Assembly (NCBI GenBank): GCA_016183305.1
Contig: JACPEW010000003.1
Coordinates: 1 to 52,691, forward strand
Length of the DNA stretch: 52,691 nt
Direction of reading: 5' to 3'
Source: Candidatus Daviesbacteria bacterium
GTDB lineage: Bacteria; Patescibacteriota; Microgenomatia; Daviesbacterales; UBA10151
Part shown: in pieces, positions 45,338 through 52,691 of the stretch
Layout: every line of letters begins with the position of its first letter
Position numbering within the stretch: the stretch's first letter is position 1
The notes under the pieces: generated by a model
Told to the model about the DNA's origin: nothing
Seen by the model: only the letters and a program-made list of their open reading frames with translations
Database searches by the model: none
Translations under genes and position numbers: made by a program

Positions 45338-46682
45338 CTTTATTGTACTGGTTACCAGATAATAATATTCTACCACGTAGTTTCCTATGGTAGCTGATAG
45401 CAAACCTGTGGGCTTCATCCCGCAGTTTCCTAAGTAGTTTTAAGGATAAGCTGTTTTTAGGCAGCTTAACAATTTCCCCTTCAGGCGGATAAAGCCACTC
45501 CATTCTCTTAGCCAAGCCAAAAATTGGTAATTGTACATTGTTCATTGTACATTGTTCATCCGCTCCTCCGACCTGTCCTCTGCCTCCATCTATAATAATT
45601 AAATCAGGCAAAGGCCACTCAGGATGGTTTAATCTCCTTCTCATCATTTCTTTATGCATCCCTACATCATTAGGTTTCCCTTCCAGGTGAATCTTAAATT
45701 TTCTGTACTGGGATTTATCAATTTCACCATTGGTTAAAACTACCATTGAACCCGTTGCCTCTTTGCCTTGGATATTGGAAATATCATAGCCTTCTATCCT
45801 TTCAGGAAGTTTTTTCAAACCTAGATCCTTTTGTAGCTTTTCTAAGGCTAGTTTATTTTCCTCCTCTAAAAAATTAGGATTTTCCAAATATAATCTGGTT
45901 CTATTAGGTTGAGTTAAATAACTAACCCCTTGTATAATTTTTTTAAATGCAGAGGCTTTTTCAAACATCTGCTTTTTCGAGGCTTTCGTCATTTGGGCAG
46001 TTAAATCCCCAAGCAACTGAATAACTTTTCCATCCATAAATTTAGAAAACCTATTTATAATTAGCAAATAATCTTTTTGTGAAATTACCCCAGCGCAGGG
46101 TCCAGGACAAAGCTTTAGGTGGTAGTAAAAGCAAGAGCGTCTACCGGCTACTGACTTCTGACTACTGCTTTTTGCGGTAGACTGTAGACTGTAGACGGTC
46201 CGCATTGAATTACTACACCAAGGAAACACTCTTCTTAAAGATCTTAAAGTATCTTTAACTATTCTGCCCGAAGGAAATGGGCCCCAGGATTTTTTAACTG
46301 TACTTAAATCTTTTTTTCTGGCTGTAATAACCTTGGGATAATCTTCTTTAGTAATAGCTATATATAAATAATCCTTATCATCAGTCAGCCTGATATTAAA
46401 AGGTGGCAAGTACTTCTTAATTAGATTTGCTTCTAAAATCAAGGCTTCAAGTTCTGATTCAACTACAATAGTCTCCACTTTGGCAATTTGACTAGCAAAT
46501 ATAGGAGCTCCTGCTGATTTGGAGAAGTATGAGGCCACACGGTGATATAAATCTATAGCCTTGCCCACATATAAAACATTTCCTGAGAAATCTTTATGGA
46601 TATAAACACCAGGTTTGTGTGGTATCTTTGATTTATCTATTTTATTAATTTTTTGGTTTCCTAATTCTTTTATGGTAAACAT
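45327..46682 (-). CDS. uvrC: excinuclease ABC subunit C (short form without HhH tail)
   Basis: PGVYI..YVGKAIDL..RVASYF (GIY-YIG), LEANLIKKY.PPFN, IEGYDISNIQG, PDLIIIDGGRGQ, LRDEAHRFAI. Confidence 0.95.
   Translation of the reverse strand: MFTIKELGNQKINKIDKSKIPHKPGVYIHKDFSGNVLYVGKAIDLYHRVASYFSKSAGAPIFASQIAKVETIVVESELEALILEANLIKKYLPPFNIRLTDDKDYLYIAITKEDYPKVITARKKDLSTVKKSWGPFPSGRIVKDTLRSLRRVFPWCSNSMRTVYSLQSTAKSSSQKSVAGRRSCFYYHLKLCPGPCAGVISQKDYLLIINRFSKFMDGKVIQLLGDLTAQMTKASKKQMFEKASAFKKIIQGVSYLTQPNRTRLYLENPNFLEEENKLALEKLQKDLGLKKLPERIEGYDISNIQGKEATGSMVVLTNGEIDKSQYRKFKIHLEGKPNDVGMHKEMMRRRLNHPEWPLPDLIIIDGGRGQVGGADEQCTMNNVQLPIFGLAKRMEWLYPPEGEIVKLPKNSLSLKLLRKLRDEAHRFAISYHRKLRGRILLSGNQYNKGNK
45529..45559. 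repeat. heptamer tandem repeat (CATTGTW) x4 inside uvrC
   Basis: AATTGTA CATTGTT CATTGTA CATTGTT CAT, encoding EQCTMNNVQL. Confidence 0.85.
46147..46200. repeat. two opposed heptamer triplets inside uvrC
   Basis: GCTACTG ACTTCTG ACTACTG and GCGGTAG ACTGTAG ACTGTAG, encoding TVYSLQSTAKSSSQKSVA. Confidence 0.75.
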
Positions 46683-48531
46683 GAGCTCCTAAGACAGTAG
46701 AGTAAATTAAAACCATTAAAACTATTCCTACCCCTGTTAAAAATGGGGCTGATTGGAAAGAAACAAAAGGCTTAATAACAATATCTTTAGTAAACTTTTG
46801 GTCCCCTATTAATAGGGTTAACTGATCCTCATATAAATCAAGCATTGAAGCAGTTCTAATATTAAAATCAAATTTTGCTGTGCCATATGCCGGAATAACA
46901 CCTGAAAACCTGCCCTCACCACTCAAGATATTTAATTTACTAGCTAGTAAATTTAAAGAGGAAGAGGGATAAAATGAGTTGCCTGTATTAGTAACTTGAA
47001 CCCTAATTATCCCTGGAAATCCTGAAAAAACAGGACCTGCTGTATCAATTTGAACATCAACTTGTGGGTGGCCTAGAAAATCCTGATTAGACAAATTTAC
47101 CTTAATATCAGATGAGTTTTGATTTGTATATTTGTAAGATCCAGCAGGGATTGGTTCTAAAGAAGAAAAACCATGAACAGCAAAAACAAAGTGGTTTAAA
47201 TCTAGCTTATTAAAATAGTCCACTCCTCCAGTAGTATTACTCCAGGTAGGATCAATCATTACCCAACCTTTTTTCTCATCAAAATACTCAGGCCAAGAAT
47301 GAAGCAAATCTTTGCTTAAAGAAAGTGGCTTAAGTTTTGGATTACTGGTATAAGCATAACCATTAAGCTCCCTGCTGGGAATGCCGGCAGCCCTGGCTAA
47401 AGCTATAAATAAATCTGTAAATTCCATACAAACTGCTGACTGGGGATTATTTAAAACAGTCACAGCCCCTAACCTTTCAATATCTTCTTTAAGCCTGGAG
47501 GGATCATACTTTAGGCTTTCTACCACATATTGATAAATTAATTGGGCTTTAGCATAAGTATCTGTAGGATTCTTTTCTTCAAAAATCTCTTTTAACTTAA
47601 GAATTATTTGAGGATTATCTTTTTCCCAGTATTTATTTGAGGAAGTATATTTTTTTCTTAAATCCCCGTTTAGAGTAGGATTTTTTACTTTAGAATAAGC
47701 ATAAAGCTTGGCTGACCCAATAACTTTAACATCTAGTTTTTGGTTCCTCTGCAATTTATACCAGGCTAAATAATTCCCATCATCATCCAAAGTTACATTC
47801 AAAGGTTTAGGTTCTATTCTTTGATAAATTACATCCTGATAAGCAGTATCTGGTGGTAAAGCAATATTAGTTAAAGCTGGGATCAAATTATTATTTTCCA
47901 GATGATAAGAAAGGTCAAAATCAAACAGCTGGTTTGCTCCAAAAGTAACAGAAACACCAGTGGATTTTAATTGGTCTTTATCAAAGGTTAAAAAAGTTTT
48001 ACCTCCAAAAGTGGATTGGCTTCTAGGGGTTGGGCTAATTAAAGAAGGTTCTCCAAAGCTTTGAGGCACAGTTAAGATTAAGTTATACGATTCCAAGGTT
48101 GAGGCGGAAGAAACCTTAGGTACTCTTACTTCCCAAACTTTACCAAGGTTTTGGGCAAAATCTTTGGATTTAAAAGAAAGGGTCCAAGGCAAGGATTTAC
48201 CAATACCGGCTACCTGCTGGTTAAATTTAATATTAAGGGAGGTTAAAGTATCATTCTGCTGGCTAGCAACAATTAGAGGGCCACTGGGATCCTGAGCTTT
48301 AATATCATAAATTTGGGTTGCATCTATATTTAGTTTAAATTGGTTAGCATAATATTCTGAGGTTAAATTTCTTAAATTAATTTTCTCAGTAACAGAGGTT
48401 ATCCCATCCTCACCCACATCATATAAAACATCATAAGAGGTAGCAAACTCAGAAGCAGCATAAGCCTTAGGAGCAAAAACTACTAAGGAAAATAGGAAAA
48501 CAACAAAAGATAAAAACTTTTTCACTACCAA
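46645..48531 (-). CDS. transglutaminase-like domain protein, membrane anchored
   Basis: AVCMEFTDLFIALARAAGIPSR, LHSWPE, WVMIDPTW triad; signal peptide and C-terminal TM. Confidence 0.9.
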   Translation of the reverse strand: MVVKKFLSFVVFLFSLVVFAPKAYAASEFATSYDVLYDVGEDGITSVTEKINLRNLTSEYYANQFKLNIDATQIYDIKAQDPSGPLIVASQQNDTLTSLNIKFNQQVAGIGKSLPWTLSFKSKDFAQNLGKVWEVRVPKVSSASTLESYNLILTVPQSFGEPSLISPTPRSQSTFGGKTFLTFDKDQLKSTGVSVTFGANQLFDFDLSYHLENNNLIPALTNIALPPDTAYQDVIYQRIEPKPLNVTLDDDGNYLAWYKLQRNQKLDVKVIGSAKLYAYSKVKNPTLNGDLRKKYTSSNKYWEKDNPQIILKLKEIFEEKNPTDTYAKAQLIYQYVVESLKYDPSRLKEDIERLGAVTVLNNPQSAVCMEFTDLFIALARAAGIPSRELNGYAYTSNPKLKPLSLSKDLLHSWPEYFDEKKGWVMIDPTWSNTTGGVDYFNKLDLNHFVFAVHGFSSLEPIPAGSYKYTNQNSSDIKVNLSNQDFLGHPQVDVQIDTAGPVFSGFPGIIRVQVTNTGNSFYPSSSLNLLASKLNILSGEGRFSGVIPAYGTAKFDFNIRTASMLDLYEDQLTLLIGDQKFTKDIVIKPFVSFQSAPFLTGVGIVLMVLIYSTVLGAHVYHKRIRKPKN

Positions 48532-48757
48532 TATTGTAGCAAACTTAAGGTCTTGAATCTAATTTTAAAGATTATCTTCTTCGTAGAGAGCCTGCAGGAA
48601 GATATAAAGCCCGTACAAATCTGGGAACACGCCAGGTATGCGTTAGCGGTCTTAATAATGAAAATCCGCCTCTACATTCTATATTACATCTTGGCATAAT
48701 ACATTATAATATAGGACTTTTAGTTAAATTTGTCAAACAGGTAATTAATTAGCTTGA

Positions 48758-48780
48758 CACCTTAAAGGTGGTAAGCTAAA
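48758..48780 (+). repeat. REP-like hairpin upstream of RAYT
   Basis: CACC-TTAAA-GGTG followed by GTAAGCTAAA. Confidence 0.7.
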
Positions 48781-48788
48781 GTTAAGAC

Positions 48789-49430
48789 ATGCCTGGAAGG
48801 ATAATTCCATTGGTAAGCGGGGAATATTACCATGTCTTCAACAGGGGAACAGAGAAAAAGGATATCTATATTCAACCACGTGATTATAATAGGTTCCAGA
48901 AAACCTTTTATTACTATAAGCATTGTGGTCCAAAGCTAAAATTTTCTAAATTTAATAAATCAAATTTGTTTAAACCACTTTTAAATGAAAAGTTAATTGA
49001 GATTATCTGTTATTGCCTCATGCCTAATCATTTCCATTTTCTTATCAAGCAATTAAAGGATAAAGGTATTTCCACCTTTTTAAGCCAACTTTCTAATAGC
49101 TACACAAAATATTTTAATACTAAATATGATCGTATTGGACCGCTCCTGCAAGGAACCTTTAAAGCTGTTAAAATTGAAACAGATGAACAACTTGTCCATG
49201 TATCCCGCTACATTCATTTAAATCCAGTAGTTTCCGGATTAGTTAATAAACCAGAGGCTTATAAATGGTCTTCCTGTTTGGAATACCTAACTCAGAGCCC
49301 ATCCTTTTGTGAAACTGAGACAGTAATGAACCTTTTTAAATCTGCTCAGGAGTACCAGAAATTTATTGGAGATCAAATTGACTATGCCACCCAGCTTGAA
49401 TTAATAAAACACCACCTTTTAGATGAATAA
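48789..49430 (+). mobile_element. REP-associated tyrosine (Y1/HUH) transposase, RAYT
   Basis: YYHVFNRG, ICYCLMPNHFHFL (HUH), YTKYFN, GPLLQGTFKA, RYIHLNPV, YKWSS. Confidence 0.92.
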
Positions 49431-49441
49431 GTTTACGATCC

Positions 49442-49464
49442 CACCTTAAAGGTGTAAAGCTAAA
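49442..49464 (+). repeat. REP-like hairpin downstream of RAYT
   Basis: CACCTTAAAGGTG-TAAAGCTAAA, a direct repeat of 48758-48780; degenerate third unit at 49465-49485. Confidence 0.7.
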
Positions 49465-49527
49465 CATCCACAGGTTGTAGCTAAATCTGCTATTGACAAT
49501 CAGGAAGGGGCTTGAAATAATAAATCT

Positions 49528-50178
49528 GTGAGTATACAACCACCACCATATCCTCATCCTGAATTACCCCCTCCTTTCCCCTTACCTATAATCTCTGAAG
49601 ATACCAAAAGACGTCTACTGGAAGAGACAGGCTTGGATACCGATCCGAGAACGAGAAGGATCATACAAGGAATTTCTGGTGAACCTACAAATGTACTAAT
49701 CACAATTAACAGCCTAACTGATAATGTGTTTTTAGACTTAATAGATATTAACAGAGGATTAGTCGAAGCTATCAGTGAAGAGTTAACTAGGTTAGGTCCT
49801 CCAACTGAAGCTTCTGAACGAACAAAAGGCATGGCATTAGTTTTAAGGGCGTTCCATATTCAATCTGGATTTGATTTACTTCCAAGACTTGGAAATTTAA
49901 AAGAAAATGAGGATAAGAATATGGTCAGGGGAGTAATAAGAGCATCCTTACCAAGTAAAACACAAAACTTATCATTATTAGAGGGATTATTAACTATGCC
50001 AAGAATACCTGAACAACAAATAGTGTTAAATGAACTAATAAAGAAGGCTGGAGAAGTAATTGGTTTTAAAAAAGCAGTTTCAGAAGGAGCCAGTGTGATG
50101 TACCAAATTTTAGGCAGGATGTGGCCAAGGTTATATCCACCTCAAACACTCCCGCCTCAATTACCCCCGGATCTATAA
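49528..50178 (+). CDS. hypothetical protein with Pro-rich termini
   Basis: 216-aa open frame; TTGACA-N17-AATAAT at 49493-49521 upstream. Confidence 0.65.
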   Translation: MSIQPPPYPHPELPPPFPLPIISEDTKRRLLEETGLDTDPRTRRIIQGISGEPTNVLITINSLTDNVFLDLIDINRGLVEAISEELTRLGPPTEASERTKGMALVLRAFHIQSGFDLLPRLGNLKENEDKNMVRGVIRASLPSKTQNLSLLEGLLTMPRIPEQQIVLNELIKKAGEVIGFKKAVSEGASVMYQILGRMWPRLYPPQTLPPQLPPDL

Positions 50179-51165
50179 TATCCTTGCCAAATATTGGCCT
50201 GTGTAGGAAGATTTGGTTTTAGACAAGGCTTGGGGACTGCCTTCCGCAATTATTTTGCCTCCTTTGTCCCCGCCTTCTGGGCCCAGATCTATTATCCAGT
50301 CTGTATTTTTTATAATATCTAAATTATGTTCTATAATCACTACAGTATTTCCAAAATTAACCAGCTTTCTTAAGATTGTTAATAATCTTCCTATATCAGC
50401 AAAATGAAGGCCTGTGGTTGGCTCATCTAGGATATATAAAGTATGGCCTGTTGGCCTTTTGGATAATTCAGATGAAAGTTTAATCCTTTGGGCTTCTCCT
50501 CCTGATAAAGTTGGAGCGCTCTGTCCCAACCTGATATAACCTAAACCAACATCATTCAAAACCTGAAGCTTGTTTTTGATTTGAGGGATATTTTCAAAAA
50601 ACTTCAGAGCTTCTTCTACTGTCATGTTTAAGACTTCAGCAATATTTTTATCCTTAAAGTGAATTTCTAAAGCTTCCCTGTTATATCTTGCCCCATTACA
50701 AGCCTCGCAAGTCACATACACATCTGGCAAAAACTGCATCTCAATCTTTAAAGTTCCCTCACCTTCACAGACCTCACACCTGCCTCCTTTAACATTAAAA
50801 GAAAACCTGCCAGGCCTATAACCTCTGATTTTAGCTTCAGGAGCCTGAGCAAATAATTCCCTGATATGCCCAAATGCTCCAGTATAGGTGGCTGGGTTTG
50901 AACGTGGAGTCCTGCCAATTGGTGATTGATCTACTAAAACTACTTTATCTATATTTTCAGTTCCTTCTAAGTCTTTATGTGCTCCTGCTTTTTCCCTTGA
51001 ACGGTAAATCTTTTGAGCCAAAGCCCGGTATAAAATATCATGGATTAAGGTTGATTTACCTGAACCTGATACTCCGGTAATGGCAATAAACTTGCCTAAG
51101 GGAAAACATACATTAATATTTTTTAAGTTATGTTCTGTTGCTCCTATTACCTTTAATACCTTTTT

Positions 51166-51206
51166 GTCATCCTGAGCGGTTAGCCCGCTTCGCTCCCCAG
51201 GATGAC
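51166..51206. repeat. GTCAT-type palindromic element, copy 3, in frame within uvrA
   Basis: GTCATCCTG-AGCGGTTAGCCCGCTTCGCTCCC-CAGGATGAC; perfect 9-bp terminal inverted repeat; encodes SHPGERSGLTAQDD. Confidence 0.85.
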
Positions 51207-52553
51207 TATTGGCAGTCACTTTTTTCTTGCCGGATAAATATTGGCCTGTTAAAGAAGCAGGATCTTTTTTGATCTGCTGGGGAGTACCCATAAAAACGAT
51301 TTTGCCTCCATGTTCCCCGGCCCCAGGCCCAATTTCTATTAATAAATCAGCTGCTTCCATAGTTTCCCCGTCATGTTCATTAACAATCACAGTATTTCCC
51401 AAACTTTTTAACTTCTTTAATGTTTCTATCAATCTGGCATTATCCCTTTGGTGAAGGCCAATTGATGGCTCATCTAAAACATATAACACTCCAGACAAAC
51501 CAGAGCCAATTTGTGAAGCAAGTCTAATTCTTTGAGACTCACCTCCTGCTAAAGTCATCGATGCCCTATCTAAAGTTAAGTAATCTAAACCAACATCAAC
51601 CAAAAACTGCAACCTGGCAGTTATCTCTTTTAAGATTGGGGTAGCAATTTGGATCTCACGGACTGATAGCTCAATTTTTTTAATCCATTCCAAGGCCTGG
51701 ATAATTGACTGGCTGGTAACCTCAGCAATATTTAAACTATTAATAGTAACTGATAAAGCTTCATCTTTAAGCCTGGCTCCCCTACATTTAGGGCAAGATT
51801 CTTTATACATATATTTCTCAATTTCAGCTTTTACAAAATCAGACTCAGATTCCTGATATCTTTCTTTAAGGTATGAAACTAAACCTTGAAAACTGGAATA
51901 AAAATGAGTCCATCTGCCTTGCCTGTTCCTTCCTTCTACCTTGAATTCTTCTTTACCTGCTCCACTGATTAAAACTTTCCTTGCCTCAGGTTTAAGTTGG
52001 CCTAGCCTGGTATTCACATCAAATCCATATTCTTTACCCACAGCTTCAATTAACCTGGTAAACCAGGTATCAGAGGTTGCTAGTTTTGACCAGGGGAGTA
52101 TGCCACCTTCAGCAATGGAAAGAATTGGATTTAAAATTGTAGTCTCATCTATTTCCAAAAGTGTCCCTAATCCAGAACAAACTGGACAAGCTCCATGAGG
52201 AGAGTTAAAAGATAAAAGTCTTGGTTCAATCTCTGGTAAAGAAATATTATCTACAGGGCAGGCAAATCTTTCAGAATAAAGGTGGTCTTTCATTTTTTTG
52301 GGATTTTGAGGAAATTCCAAAGAAGCATCTAAAACCCCTCTTGAATACTTTTCTTGTCCAAAACTAAACGGTCTACCACTAAATCAATCGTATGTTTATT
52401 TGTTTTTATTAAAACTAAATCCTCAGATAGATCTCTGATTTGCCCATCAACCCTGACTTTAGAAAACCCTTTTTTCCTAAAATCCTCAAAAAGGGCGCTA
52501 TACTCCCCCTTTCTATCTTTTACTACCGGAGCCAATATCATAATCCTCCTACC

Positions 52554-52588
52554 CCTGTTACTTGTTACTTGTGCCTTGTCACTTGTTA
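52554..52588. repeat. heptamer tandem repeat (CTTGTTA) x5 inside uvrA
   Basis: CCTGTTA CTTGTTA CTTGTGC CTTGTCA CTTGTTA, encoding VTSDKAQVTSNR. Confidence 0.85.
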
Positions 52589-52691
52589 CTCTTTCTACTA
52601 TCTGTTCCACACTCATCTTCTCTACTTCCCTGCCACAAACCGGGCAATGAGGATGACCTACTCTGGCAAATAGCAGCCTTAAATAATCATA

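Larger units (their letters stand above)
50173..52691 (-). pseudogene. uvrA: excinuclease ABC subunit A, frameshifted near 52342, 5' end outside the window
   Basis: YDYLRLLFARVGHPHCPVC at the window edge, HTIDLVVDRL, FSFNSPHG-like LSFNSPHGAC, LAGGESQRIRLA, GVSGSGKST, LSGGEAQRIKL; the two parts are in different frames. Confidence 0.92.

Noticed and set aside
48572-48697. 41-aa Arg-rich minus-strand ORF (MPRCNIECRGG...) faintly like a ribosomal protein
   Set aside because: It lacks the L28/L33 patterns and no homology is recognisable.
1-52691. CRISPR array, rRNA, or stop-codon reassignment explaining the broken genes
   Set aside because: No regularly spaced repeat-spacer units or rRNA motifs; the long genes are open in code 11 and the breaks are frameshifts or deletions, not in-frame TGA.

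Overview
This low-GC window looks like a Patescibacteria (CPR, probably Microgenomates) chromosome segment read in genetic code 11; the taxonomy is inferred from gene content and protein style. Left (0.25-6.2 kb): a truncated upp, a baeRF1/host-attachment-like gene, an HPF/RaiA-like gene, a dienelactone hydrolase, typA/bipA and an HExxH membrane protein. Next come tRNA-Lys(CTT) and a decayed accessory island (about 6.3-24.3 kb). The island opens with a probable recombinase C-terminal remnant, a CPH-type P1B-ATPase fragment and a coding-less IS200/IS605-like structured element. It continues with a co-directional copper/thiol-redox cluster: YHS protein, two CYPAC thioredoxin-fold proteins around CcdA, CsoR, a second truncated CcdA, DUF3105, Cys-rich and triple-CxxC proteins, and BlaR1/M56 plus BlaI with three candidate operators. 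It ends with two decayed genes and a MacAB-like ABC exporter with its two-component system. A 6.6-kb block bounded by 98-bp direct repeats carries an IS fragment, a 1546-aa M48-peptidase/ABC1-kinase fusion and a gene broken by a 20-bp tandem duplication. The right half holds a 2579-aa S8 protease-adhesin, cfa, corA, an ABC substrate-binding protein, secG, uvrC, a transglutaminase, a RAYT with flanking hairpin repeats, and a frameshifted uvrA. Three short repeat families lie inside coding sequences: GTCAT palindromes, AAGCAAAGCTTG-headed 33-bp inserts and STRR-like heptamers. Many genes carry clean deletion scars, which may be real decay or assembly artefacts. No CRISPR array or rRNA was seen.
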